A stretch of 64,000 bases of DNA from a virus. Of the stretch, positions 10,611-20,434 are shown one piece after another. The notes below the pieces were generated by a model that was given only the letters and a program-made list of their open reading frames with translations, did not search any database and was not told where the DNA came from. A program made the position numbers and the translations under genes. Location: IMG/VR virus record IMGVR_UViG_3300021185_001174, positions 1-64,000 of that record, one strand, 5' to 3'. Within the stretch, counting starts at the first letter, position 1; each line of letters starts with the position of its first letter.

Positions 10611-12479
10611 TTATCTTAACCTAGAATTAACTGAATAGTCTATTGAACCTGATGAACCTGCTGTAGAGATAGTATCAACTTGAGCTGTAATACTTACAAA
10701 GGCTTGGTCTATATTAATTAACTGGTCTCTTTTTGGTGCTATATCTAGCGAGTTAGGAATTGCAGTAATTCTAATAGAAGTATTTGAGCTAGATGTAGTA
10801 AAATTATTTAATGAGATTTTACCAGATGATGGTATAATAGTTCCTGCATTGTTAATAACAGTAATATTATTACCGTCTACTACTTTATAAACCATAACTT
10901 GTCTATTATTAGAACCAGTAATTGGAATATCACCAAAGAAATGGTCTGCACCACCAGTAGATATTTTAAACGCTGTTGAACTAATTAAGAAATTACTTGA
11001 GTCACCTGATTCATATAAAGGTGATGCAAAGGATATATTAAATACATTATCAGTATCAGTAGTTCCTGCAACAATATTCTTGTACATATAAGGTCTAATA
11101 GTAGAGTTAAGAATAGAAGGGTCAGCTGAATCAATTAACTTTAGAAGTTGAGAGTGTCTAAATACTCCATCGAACTTATTTAAGTTATTAAAGTTATAAT
11201 CAGAAATAACATCTCTTACAACATTTTGCAATTCAACACTAGTTCTATCCGTAATGTTTGGATTATATTTAAAGAATACATCCAATTCTAAATTTGTAAA
11301 GTTAGGGTCTACAATTTCTGGAGTAATAGAAACAATGTTCTTACCCTTAAGTACAGTATCTTTAATTGCTAATTTTTCGGCCGATGTTAATGTTTCAGCA
11401 GTAAGAGGTTTAATTGCAATATAGACCGTTCCGAAATCTGCAGGGTCATTATCTTCTCCACCCCATGTAGAAATAGAAGAAATATTTGCAAAACCTTTTA
11501 GAATAATTGACCTATAGTCTTCTGCAGTAACTGCTCTGTTCTGCGCAGTAAATGTAAGTGGTGCATTAAATCTAATTGACTCTATTGTTTCTGGAGGATT
11601 ACCACCTGATGAATTACTAACTGTTGTAATAGTATTACTAAAACTACCAGTCAGCTGTGGTATAGTATCATTAAATACAAATGTACTTGCACCATTGGCC
11701 TCTTCACCATGAGTATAAATATAGTCTAGTGTTACAATATTATCATTAACTGGTTTCTTACCAGTAATACCATCACCAAAATATATTTCATACTTACCAC
11801 CTGGATTTTCTTGTAGATAATATACTTGTGCCTTTGAGTCTACACTTAATAGTGATTCAAATTTTGTATATATGTTATAAGACGTTGACCTTTCATTGTC
11901 TTGTACTCTTACTCTTAATGTACTAGTATCTGCATCAGTATCTGCAAGTTGAAATTTCTGATTATCAATATCATTATCAACTCTGTAAAGTAAAGATTTT
12001 AAAGTTCCTTGTACAATACTAATATTATTAAAAGTATACTTATTAGTGGCCGAATTAAGAGTTGCCGATTCATTATTTAAAAGAGCAAAGTCATATCTAA
12101 TTCCACTTAGCGTTGACCTAAGTTTTGTTCCTCTTTTAAGTACAAGTGATTCTGGTCTGACTGATTCATTAGTTGCATCGATTTCAATATTTACTGTAGC
12201 CCTACCAGCAAGAATTGACCTAGGAGTATAACCTAAAAGTTTAGCACGAGTAACTACATTACCTCTAATTTGAGCTGAATCTAAAAATGCCTCATTCAAA
12301 GCATAGTGAGCGGCCATTGCATTATAATGTGTATTATATGCAAGAACATCAAGTAGTACATTAAGACTACTTCCTTCAAAGTTAAAATCATTAAACTCAG
12401 ATTGATTCTTTAGATAGTTTTTTAAATTATCTTTAATTTGGTCGAAATCTAGTTCGGTTACGTTTAAGTTACTGGCCAT
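10611..12479 (-). CDS. 6: Baseplate wedge subunit gp6
   Basis: LNVTELDFDQIKDNLKNYL, LLDVLAYNTHYNA, FLDSAQIRGNVV, ETIESIRFNAP..QNRAVTAEDY. Confidence 0.95.
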   Translation of the reverse strand: MASNLNVTELDFDQIKDNLKNYLKNQSEFNDFNFEGSSLNVLLDVLAYNTHYNAMAAHYALNEAFLDSAQIRGNVVTRAKLLGYTPRSILAGRATVNIEIDATNESVRPESLVLKRGTKLRSTLSGIRYDFALLNNESATLNSATNKYTFNNISIVQGTLKSLLYRVDNDIDNQKFQLADTDADTSTLRVRVQDNERSTSYNIYTKFESLLSVDSKAQVYYLQENPGGKYEIYFGDGITGKKPVNDNIVTLDYIYTHGEEANGASTFVFNDTIPQLTGSFSNTITTVSNSSGGNPPETIESIRFNAPLTFTAQNRAVTAEDYRSIILKGFANISSISTWGGEDNDPADFGTVYIAIKPLTAETLTSAEKLAIKDTVLKGKNIVSITPEIVDPNFTNLELDVFFKYNPNITDRTSVELQNVVRDVISDYNFNNLNKFDGVFRHSQLLKLIDSADPSILNSTIRPYMYKNIVAGTTDTDNVFNISFASPLYESGDSSNFLISSTAFKISTGGADHFFGDIPITGSNNRQVMVYKVVDGNNITVINNAGTIIPSSGKISLNNFTTSSSNTSIRITAIPNSLDIAPKRDQLINIDQAFVSITAQVDTISTAGSSGSIDYSVNSRLR

Positions 12480-12483
12480 ATTA

Positions 12484-12933
12484 TTACCTTAATCTTCTTA
12501 GAGAAATATCTAGTTTTTCAATTCTATTATTCTCTTTTATTTTAAATTTTATAGTAATGTCATATCTATTTTTATTATCATTACTTTTTGCATTTACCTT
12601 TATTATATCTACTCTACTTTCTTTATCAAGGGTACGTTTTATCTCTTCTTCTATAGATATTTTTGTTAACAGATCCATGGGTTCAAAAAGTAAACCTCTT
12701 AAATTTCCACCTAGTTGTGGCTGAAATGGTCTTTCGAATACATCAGTTAACAGCATATTTTTTAATGCATTTCTAATGGCCCTATCATCTTTTAGAGGTC
12801 TAATATCACCAGTATAAGGGTGTACTGCCAAAGATAAATCAATATCACTATGGGGTTTTTTACGCGCTAGTTCTTTAGAACCACCTGTAATGTCCGATGT
12901 ATTTACTCTACTATTTTGAAAATCTATAGCCAT
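12484..12933 (-). CDS. 25: Baseplate wedge subunit gp25 (GPW/gp25 family)
   Basis: SDIDLSL..AIRNALKNMLLT..ERPFQPQLGGNLRGLLFEP; directly upstream of gp6. Confidence 0.9.
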   Translation of the reverse strand: MAIDFQNSRVNTSDITGGSKELARKKPHSDIDLSLAVHPYTGDIRPLKDDRAIRNALKNMLLTDVFERPFQPQLGGNLRGLLFEPMDLLTKISIEEEIKRTLDKESRVDIIKVNAKSNDNKNRYDITIKFKIKENNRIEKLDISLRRLR

Positions 12934-12938
12934 ATAGT

Positions 12939-12946
12939 TATTTATA
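12939..12946 (-). promoter_or_regulatory. T4-type late promoter
   Basis: Intergenic TATAAATA just before gp25. Confidence 0.7.
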
Positions 12947-12963
12947 AGGGCTTAGTTAAAGAA

Positions 12964-14274
12964 TTATTCAATAACCAATAATTTCTGTCCAGCAATTGGT
13001 GAATTATTAAGTGTAACACTTGTGGAATTATGTGTATAATCACTTGTATCTAATTCTGTGCCTTCTAAAAATACTTTACCCGTTCCTCCTGTAACTCCGT
13101 ATTCGGTTTGGTTTAATATTGTTGTAAAAGCATATACATCTGGGCTGCCGTCTGTCGCGCCCACCATTACTGTTTCTACTTTAGAGAGAGAAGGTAAAGA
13201 AACACTAGGTAACTTTTTAAGACTGTTTATATTAAACTCTCCATCTATAGTAATCTCTTTAGGAAGTCCAATTAAGCTTAAGAAATCACAAAAGTCAAAT
13301 GTAATAAATTCAACAAGAGAACCAAGTCCAATGGCCTCTAAGAACTTTTGAATTAATTGTACCCACTTAAGAAGAAGATACTTAGGCCATTCTTCAGCAA
13401 AGTTTTTCATTCTAGTCAGTAATCTTTCTATCTTTCTTTCGGCCATTTCAATATACTCATTAGTCTCTCCACCCAATAAGTCCATAATACTAAATCCAGC
13501 AATGTTTATTGACTCTAACTGTTCTATTAACTCTGCCTCTAATTCTCTTTTTAAATCATCGGGTGCATCTTCTATCTGTTGTTTTACACTTGCAATTTTT
13601 TCTTCTATAATCTGTTCTATGTCTAGTGTTAGTAGTGCAGGCAAAGATGGTAATCCTAATGCATCCCATATAACTTTAAATTTATCTATGAGTGCACCAA
13701 AGGCTCCGTGTATAATAGCAAGGGCTCCTTTAGTTAGTTCAGACATAAGATACTTCCATATATTTTCTGCCTTTAAACCATCTGACTGTAAACCAGAATC
13801 ATTAGTATATCTTCTAAACTGCTTTGGTATAAACTTTTCAAACTTTTCTAAATCATTTGCAATTTGAAGTTTTAATTCTGCTCTATATTCTGGGTCAGAA
13901 AAAAGTTTTATCACATCTATATCTAAACCAAAAACTGGAATACTAAAAGAGATAGGTAATATTTTATTAATGATTTCCATAAACTTAACTTGAACAAACA
14001 TATGATATTCTTGAACCATTGCTTCTATTCTTCTTTCCCATTCTAGTTCAGGAATTTCTAAATTACCATATATAGGTTTTGTAAGTGATATTGGAAAGTT
14101 ACCAAGTGCATCTTCAACCTTATCTAAAATATCCATTATCTTTTTAGCTTCATCTTCATAACCAGAGATAGCCAATAAATTAGCTATGTTTATAATCTCT
14201 GTAAAGTTATTTACTAACTCAGCCGGAGTAGGTAATAATACCTTACTGCATGGTATATCAATGGTTGTTGGCAT
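12964..14274 (-). CDS. Hypothetical, largely alpha-helical virion protein between gp5 and gp25 (probable start ATG 14274 overlapping the gp5 stop)
   Basis: Long ORF with TAATG coupling to gp5; amphipathic helices followed by a short C-terminal beta-rich domain. Confidence 0.75.
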   Translation of the reverse strand: MPTTIDIPCSKVLLPTPAELVNNFTEIINIANLLAISGYEDEAKKIMDILDKVEDALGNFPISLTKPIYGNLEIPELEWERRIEAMVQEYHMFVQVKFMEIINKILPISFSIPVFGLDIDVIKLFSDPEYRAELKLQIANDLEKFEKFIPKQFRRYTNDSGLQSDGLKAENIWKYLMSELTKGALAIIHGAFGALIDKFKVIWDALGLPSLPALLTLDIEQIIEEKIASVKQQIEDAPDDLKRELEAELIEQLESINIAGFSIMDLLGGETNEYIEMAERKIERLLTRMKNFAEEWPKYLLLKWVQLIQKFLEAIGLGSLVEFITFDFCDFLSLIGLPKEITIDGEFNINSLKKLPSVSLPSLSKVETVMVGATDGSPDVYAFTTILNQTEYGVTGGTGKVFLEGTELDTSDYTHNSTSVTLNNSPIAGQKLLVIE

Positions 14275-15515
14275 TATACTGTACCAAACCAAGTACCACC
14301 AAGTTGGCTTGCTCCATTTACATTTTTTACTTTATCTAAGAATGCAATATTAGTTCCTTCACCATAAGCGGCAGGGTCAGCTGCAGTAAAGTTTAACCAT
14401 TCAGTAGAAGCACTAGATAAATTATTATTAAGTGCCGCTTCAATACCCTGGCCTCTAGCGGTACTCATTTCAGAATATAAACTACTTGGTATTCTTTCAC
14501 CAGGAACTCCAGTGACTCCTTGGAATTGATTTCTTTGAGTTAGTACACCTTCAATAGTATTAGGAAACTTATCTGACCTGACTCTATTTAAAATAACAGC
14601 CGCAACTCCTGCCCTTTCAGCTGGATTTGTAGTGGCTTCTGCAGAGACTGCTCTTATAAGCATATCCATTTCTCTATCATCTATAGAACTACCTAAAAAG
14701 GCCTCGACTGTTTCTTTAGTATTAGTTGCTGCATCAAAGGGGTCAATACTTTCTACTTTAGGAATATCAAAGTTTTCTATTGAAGCGGCTGTATTCATTC
14801 TAATCTTAGACGCCCTAATATTAACCGTACCACCTGCACCCTGAGCATCCAAGTTTATACTACCACCTTCAGTTTTAACAAATACATCACCACCATTGCC
14901 TGGATATATTTCAATCCTTGAGCCAGTTACAGCTAAGGGTGGAAGGCTTCTATTTCTAAGTCTTATAAGACCAGCACTACTATAAATTTCAGTATTACCA
15001 TTCTCATCCATTAATATTTCTGAGCTTTCAGTACCATGTGAAATTCTAATTTTTTCTTTGTTTTCAGTATTGTCTAGTTGAATGATATGACCAGCCTTAG
15101 ACCTATACACTTTATTATCCCAACTTGATCCTACTTCACCTGGTATATCTTTTACAAAGTTACCTGTAGGTGAATTTAAAAAACCAGTTTCTGGAATATC
15201 GGAATCTTCTTCTTCTTCATTTTTAGATTGTGTTGCAATGGAACCCATTACTAAAGGGTCTTGTGCTGATCTACCATCTCTAAAAAATCCTACTACCCAA
15301 GAACCAATTTCTAAGTGGTGATTACTTCCATTCCCTTGTATACTTGCTGTAGTTGTAGGCATCATAACTGTTGCCCAAGGAAGGTCTTTAACTGCAACAG
15401 AATCATCATAGTAACCTATACACCTAACCTTAACTCTGTTAAGATAAAGAGGGTCTTGTACATCTTCTACTATTCCAGTGAACCAAGTAAATTGGCCTTT
15501 CTTAAATTCATCCAT
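14274..15515 (-). CDS. 5: Baseplate hub spike gp5 with a C-terminal SleB/CwlJ-like cell-wall hydrolase domain
   Basis: Gp5 OB-fold N-terminus (FTWFTGIVEDVQDPLYLNRVKVRCIGYY..LPWA..GSWVVGFFRDG). C-terminal LIRAVSAEA..GVAAVILNRVRSDKFPNTIEGVLTQRNQF is the Hydrolase_2 signature. Confidence 0.88.
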   Translation of the reverse strand: MDEFKKGQFTWFTGIVEDVQDPLYLNRVKVRCIGYYDDSVAVKDLPWATVMMPTTTASIQGNGSNHHLEIGSWVVGFFRDGRSAQDPLVMGSIATQSKNEEEEDSDIPETGFLNSPTGNFVKDIPGEVGSSWDNKVYRSKAGHIIQLDNTENKEKIRISHGTESSEILMDENGNTEIYSSAGLIRLRNRSLPPLAVTGSRIEIYPGNGGDVFVKTEGGSINLDAQGAGGTVNIRASKIRMNTAASIENFDIPKVESIDPFDAATNTKETVEAFLGSSIDDREMDMLIRAVSAEATTNPAERAGVAAVILNRVRSDKFPNTIEGVLTQRNQFQGVTGVPGERIPSSLYSEMSTARGQGIEAALNNNLSSASTEWLNFTAADPAAYGEGTNIAFLDKVKNVNGASQLGGTWFGTV

Positions 15516-16902
15516 TAACTTTCTCCGTTACTAACCCATTTGGTTCAACTTTAGGATGACCATCTCTGACAAGAGTAATAACTTGTGTGTATTGTTTATT
15601 AAAATCATGTGTTATATTTGTTATTAAATATTTACCACTAGTAAAATTATCTAGTGGAGCTGCGTCAAGTTCTTGTTCATAAGAGTTATGTATATTTAGT
15701 TGAAGTAACTGGCCAACCTTTATTGAAAAGTCACCTGGTACTTTAATTGACTGCTGATGTGATTTTAACATTGCGAGTTTAGATAATGTCTTAGACCTAT
15801 TTAAACCTTCCATTAAATTTTTATCACCTGTAGTTGTATTCTCATCATCAGGTTGTTCATTTAGATATGCCGTAGAGTTTTTTGAGATATAATAAATCCT
15901 TGAATTATAATTTTCTATATACTTTTCTTCATCAGCAAATGTTTTTACTGTTTCTATACTGGACTCTTTATTGTGTTGTTCTGTTAAAGGTATTACATTC
16001 TTTTTACCAATATCTACTGTTATAGTATTAGAGGCCATGGCTCCTTCCATCTCAGCAACAAATTTAGAATATCCACCAGTTGAACCTAGTGCAGTTATAT
16101 ATTGTCTTTCTTCATGATAGGTGTATGGGCTTTCCTTCTTTTCTTCAACTTGTATAGAAGGTCTATAAGAATATGTAAAATACTCTATCTTTTCACCCTT
16201 AAATTCCTCAATCATTTTATCTAGTGATTTAAATCTTAGTACACCATCAGCAGTTTGATATAAAAATAAAGGTGAGTTACTATGGTCTGAATATCCTTTT
16301 AACCATCTCATTGACTGTAAAGGTTTTGTATATGGGTATATACCCTTGACTATGTTGACACCTTCTGTTTGTATATCAAGTTGGTCATCTTTTAATTTTA
16401 AATCTGCTGTGGCAATATTTTTTATTAGAGTCCCTATAGAACCATTGAAAGAATCTGTTAGTATTTTTTTATTTGACTCATATACATATTCGGAAACACA
16501 ATTTAAAACATAAGTAACCATTCCAGGTTTTAATCTTGTAAAACCTTCTATTTCTAAAATTCTTAAATTTAATTTTATTTTATCTGTTACAAAATCTAGT
16601 GCGGATATTTCATCTGGTAAACTTTTACTTACTACCAATTCTATTTTTTCATCACCAGATAATTGTGCATTACCAATAAAGTTTACAGTATCACCAATTG
16701 CTAATCTTACTTCTACTTGATTTGAACCAAGGTCTTCTTTAATATTAAAATGTGTTATTAAATCTCTTATATCCTTTGGCTTTTTATCTCCAACGTGCAA
16801 TGTAATATTACACTTTTCAATAAAGAAACCTGTAGGAATATTAGGCGTATCTTTCTTTACATTACCGCCCTGAGGTTGAGACTGGCCTTGTTCTTCATTC
16901 AT
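15508..16902 (-). CDS. Baseplate hub protein (gp27-like / late control D-like)
   Basis: Position between gp53 and gp5; 464 aa; LFLYQTADGVLRFKSL and C-terminal VPGDFSIKVG..SGKYLITNITHDF motifs. Confidence 0.7.
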   Translation of the reverse strand: MNEEQGQSQPQGGNVKKDTPNIPTGFFIEKCNITLHVGDKKPKDIRDLITHFNIKEDLGSNQVEVRLAIGDTVNFIGNAQLSGDEKIELVVSKSLPDEISALDFVTDKIKLNLRILEIEGFTRLKPGMVTYVLNCVSEYVYESNKKILTDSFNGSIGTLIKNIATADLKLKDDQLDIQTEGVNIVKGIYPYTKPLQSMRWLKGYSDHSNSPLFLYQTADGVLRFKSLDKMIEEFKGEKIEYFTYSYRPSIQVEEKKESPYTYHEERQYITALGSTGGYSKFVAEMEGAMASNTITVDIGKKNVIPLTEQHNKESSIETVKTFADEEKYIENYNSRIYYISKNSTAYLNEQPDDENTTTGDKNLMEGLNRSKTLSKLAMLKSHQQSIKVPGDFSIKVGQLLQLNIHNSYEQELDAAPLDNFTSGKYLITNITHDFNKQYTQVITLVRDGHPKVEPNGLVTEKVNG

Positions 16903-17845
16903 TAATTAATTCCATATAGTCATTATAGAACTGCTCTATATTTTCTGGTTTTATTACCCTTAATCTTGACCTTTGGTCATTAAGTGATATAATATGTTCT
17001 CTATTACTTATATATTCTAATCCGCCATTAATTAAGGGATTAACATCTGCCTCTGCTAGTTGAGACCTTTGTGGAATATTTAATTCATCAATAAGGCCTT
17101 CTCTGTTTGCATATAAAGGTTCATATTCATTTGTAATAGTATTATTAATATTACTAGTATTTACTGCATCGGGTGATTCCGTAAAAATAATATTAGAAAA
17201 TTCTCTTTGAGTAATCACTCCATTTGCATCTGCCACATTTTTAAAATATCTATGAGGAGCATCTGCATATTTCCAAGCCATAAATGACTGTACTGAATGA
17301 CCACTAGTACCACCTGTTACAATTTCAAATGTATTACCGTTACCTATGAATGAACCTGTAGTATCTTGGATAATTAATTGGTTTTTATCTATGTCTTTTT
17401 TAACTAAAGTTCCTACTGCGTTTGATGTACCACCAGTAATTGTTTCTCCTAATTCAAATCTACCTGCAATTGAATCATTATGACCAATAACAATACCATC
17501 ACTATCTACATCTGGTACTGGGTTAGAGGCAACTGCCCACCCATTAAATTCTTTTTCAATATAATCTTCTAACATTCTAGTACTCATTGGCCAGACTTTA
17601 TATCCATCATGTAAGAAATTATTTACTACGAAAAAAGTCCAATAATATTTTGTTGTTCCATATAATCTTTGAGAAACAATATCTGGTCTTTCTCCATCTT
17701 GTACTGTATAGGTTGTGTAGGAATATAATTGGTCAAGTCTATCACCTATAGGTCTTACTTGTCTATAGATATCAACTACATCTTGTTGAGTACCTGTTCT
17801 ATTAACATCATATCCTACTGTAGGAAATAATTTAAAATAATTCAT
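16895..17845 (-). CDS. 53: Baseplate wedge subunit gp53 (LysM-like)
   Basis: MNYFKLFPTVGY; YTVQDGERPDIVSQRLYGTTKYYWTFFVVN; LRVIKPE near the C-terminus. Confidence 0.9.
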   Translation of the reverse strand: MNYFKLFPTVGYDVNRTGTQQDVVDIYRQVRPIGDRLDQLYSYTTYTVQDGERPDIVSQRLYGTTKYYWTFFVVNNFLHDGYKVWPMSTRMLEDYIEKEFNGWAVASNPVPDVDSDGIVIGHNDSIAGRFELGETITGGTSNAVGTLVKKDIDKNQLIIQDTTGSFIGNGNTFEIVTGGTSGHSVQSFMAWKYADAPHRYFKNVADANGVITQREFSNIIFTESPDAVNTSNINNTITNEYEPLYANREGLIDELNIPQRSQLAEADVNPLINGGLEYISNREHIISLNDQRSRLRVIKPENIEQFYNDYMELINE

Positions 17846-18648
17846 TATTCATCTCCTTCATCTTCTTTATTATCTTTAAGTCTCGCATCTTCCATTAATT
17901 TTATATCACCCCTAGTTAATTGTCTTGTCTCTTGAAATGATAACTGAATAGTTACATCTGTAGGAGCTCCAGTCTCTTTATAAAACATATTACTGTTTTC
18001 ATTATATGTAGTTGACATACCAGTTAGATATGCATCATGCATTAAAGGCATATAATTATCAATCTTACTTCCTCTTCTAAAAGTAACTTTAAACCTTGGT
18101 GGGTATGAAACTGCAACATTGGCAAGTATTTGAGGGTACATATATTCTCTAAGCATCTTTTCTATCTCTTTCATTGCCTCACTATCTTTCTTATCTTCTG
18201 GAACCATTTTAAATGTAAAGGAAAAAGTTCTAACCCCCATATCTTCAAACGTTGCCGTAGCTTTAGTATTTAATACAACTCCTGCCTTTGCAGATGCAAC
18301 CATTGCAGATTCACCAGCACCGGCAAATAATTTATTAATAACTGCTGCACCAATTGCTAAAGATTCACCTTTACTTTCTGTAAGTTTTGCCTTTGCCGCA
18401 TCAGCATCATCACCATAATCTTTACTAAAACTCTTAACAGCATCAATAGTACCAAAATTCATTGTGCCAAAGTTAGCACTATCTTCTAGGGTAAATCCAC
18501 TTGGTATAAACATATTTATTGTCTTTAAAACATTACCAGATATGTTTTTTATTACCATTCTAACAAAGGATGCATCTTCCTCATCAACCGGCAGTCTTGT
18601 AGGAAATACAAGGGCTTTTGCTGGGTTACTTTTATCATCTGTGGCCAT
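17845..18648 (-). CDS. 48: Baseplate tail-tube cap gp48
   Basis: FEDMGVRTFSFTFKMVP..EIEKMLREYMYP..YPPRF..LTGMSTTY..QLSFQE. Confidence 0.8.
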   Translation of the reverse strand: MATDDKSNPAKALVFPTRLPVDEEDASFVRMVIKNISGNVLKTINMFIPSGFTLEDSANFGTMNFGTIDAVKSFSKDYGDDADAAKAKLTESKGESLAIGAAVINKLFAGAGESAMVASAKAGVVLNTKATATFEDMGVRTFSFTFKMVPEDKKDSEAMKEIEKMLREYMYPQILANVAVSYPPRFKVTFRRGSKIDNYMPLMHDAYLTGMSTTYNENSNMFYKETGAPTDVTIQLSFQETRQLTRGDIKLMEDARLKDNKEDEGDE

Positions 18649-18660
18649 CTTTTTACTCCG

Positions 18661-18702
18661 TATAAATACTTATATTATTAACTAACATATAGAGTATTTA
18701 TA
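18661..18702. promoter_or_regulatory. Back-to-back overlapping late promoters
   Basis: TATAAATA on the plus strand at 18661-18668 (toward gp4) and on the minus strand at 18695-18702 (toward gp48). Confidence 0.75.
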
Positions 18703-19149
18703 ATGGCTTATAGAGGGAAATATACAATTAAACGTAAAGATAAATATCTGGGTGATGCATCCAGTGTAGTTTATCGTTCATTATGGGAAAGACAAGCATT
18801 CAAGTGGTGTGAGAGTAACCCTAAAGTAAAGAGATGGAATAGTGAAGAGATAGTTATTCCCTATAAATGTAAGACTGACAATAAGTTGCATAGATATTAT
18901 GTTGACTTATTAATAGAATTAGATAATAAAGAAATCATCTTGGTTGAAATTAAACCAAAGAAAGAAACATCACCCCCAAAAAAGCCCTCTCGTAAGACTA
19001 AAAGATATATCAATGAGGTTATGACATACATTAAGAATCAATCTAAATGGGAAGCAGCACAACAATATGCAGACCATAAAGGATGGAAGTTTCAAGTATG
19101 GACTGAAGATACTTTAGGCAATCTAGGTATCAAACTACTGAAAAGTTGA
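18703..19149 (+). CDS. 4: Head completion nuclease gp4
   Basis: MAYRGKY..YLGD..VVYRSLWER..WNSEEIVIPY..HRYYVD..EIKPKKE..NQSKWEAA. Confidence 0.93.
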   Translation: MAYRGKYTIKRKDKYLGDASSVVYRSLWERQAFKWCESNPKVKRWNSEEIVIPYKCKTDNKLHRYYVDLLIELDNKEIILVEIKPKKETSPPKKPSRKTKRYINEVMTYIKNQSKWEAAQQYADHKGWKFQVWTEDTLGNLGIKLLKS

Positions 19150-19157
19150 TATAAATA
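19150..19157 (+). promoter_or_regulatory. T4-type late promoter
   Basis: Intergenic TATAAATA before gp2. Confidence 0.7.
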
Positions 19158-19178
19158 CTTATACAGGAGAAAAACTTT

Positions 19179-19772
19179 ATGGCATCATTATTCGATACAC
19201 TACAGGCTCAGGCATTTAAGGCTGGCATAACTGCTCGGACTAAAAAGTCTCAGAAGTGGTTTCGTGATAAGATTGAAGATATGAAGACCCCTGACAGAAG
19301 GGCTTTATTAAAAGATGATGCACTAGAACCTACTACAAGAGAATTAAGAGGTTCAATGTATATGTATTTCTATGACCCTAAACATAAAAAGACTTTGCCT
19401 TATTATGATAGATTCCCTTTAGTTCTTTTAATAGAACAAAGAAAGGGTGGGTTCTTAGGATTAAACTTACATTACTTAAGACCCGATATACGTGCTAAGT
19501 TTTTAGATGAATTGATGAAACTATCAGCAGGAAAGATTACTGATAAGTCAAGATTAATGAAAGCACGTTATGATTTAATTTCTAGTACTAGAAAATATAA
19601 AGAGTTCAGACCATGTTTAAAAATGTACTTAAGTAATCATATTAAATCAAGAATGGTAAGAGTACCTATGAGTGAATGGGAAATTGCAATCTTCTTACCA
19701 ACAGAACAATTTAAGAAGAGTCAGAAATCCAAAATATGGGCTGACTCTATTAAAATCGCGAGACAGACCTAA
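19179..19772 (+). CDS. 2: DNA end protector protein gp2
   Basis: GSMYMYFYDPKHKKTLPYYDRFPLV..GFLGLNLHYL..AIFLPTEQF. Confidence 0.93.
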   Translation: MASLFDTLQAQAFKAGITARTKKSQKWFRDKIEDMKTPDRRALLKDDALEPTTRELRGSMYMYFYDPKHKKTLPYYDRFPLVLLIEQRKGGFLGLNLHYLRPDIRAKFLDELMKLSAGKITDKSRLMKARYDLISSTRKYKEFRPCLKMYLSNHIKSRMVRVPMSEWEIAIFLPTEQFKKSQKSKIWADSIKIARQT

Positions 19773-20404
19773 TGAATATAGATAAGTTAAAATCAACAAT
19801 AGGTAAACGTGGTGGTATTGCAAAGGCAAATAGATTTAAAGTTATGTTTACACCACCACAACAAAGTTTACTTAATATAGACCCAGGTGCAATTTTTACT
19901 AGTGTAATTTCAGGAGATGGCATTAATTTAAAAAGTCTTATTAATGACCCTCGCGATATTTCTATGTTATGTACATCAGCAAGTATTCCTGGCAGACAGT
20001 TTAGTACTGATGAAGTAACTATGGAAAGACAAACAGTAAAAATGGTTTATGGTTTTATTGATGAAGATATTACATTTACATTTTTACTTACAAACGATAT
20101 GTATATGAAGAAGATGTTTGATGATTGGTCATCTTCAATTATTGATGATGAAGCATATACATTAAATTATAAAAAGAATTATACCGCAGATGTTGTAATA
20201 CAACAATTAAATTTAGATGATAAAGTTGTATATGGCGCAAAGTTAGAGAATGCATATCCAATATCTATCTCTCCTATAGAATACTCTATGGACTCAGAAG
20301 AAATTGGAACATTTACTGTTACATTTGCATATGATAAATATAAACTAGAAGACGCAGTAGAGTCAGGATTGTCTGGTATTACTTCGGCACTAGAGATATT
20401 ATAA
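19772..20404 (+). CDS. Tail tube family protein (gp54 tube initiator / gp19 paralogue)
   Basis: GGIAKANRFKV..LCTSASIPGRQ..ITFTFLL..FDDW..LENAYPISISPIEYS..FTVTFAY. Confidence 0.8.
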   Translation: MNIDKLKSTIGKRGGIAKANRFKVMFTPPQQSLLNIDPGAIFTSVISGDGINLKSLINDPRDISMLCTSASIPGRQFSTDEVTMERQTVKMVYGFIDEDITFTFLLTNDMYMKKMFDDWSSSIIDDEAYTLNYKKNYTADVVIQQLNLDDKVVYGAKLENAYPISISPIEYSMDSEEIGTFTVTFAYDKYKLEDAVESGLSGITSALEIL

Positions 20405-20434
20405 CATAATTATATTATAGGAGAATAAAATATT

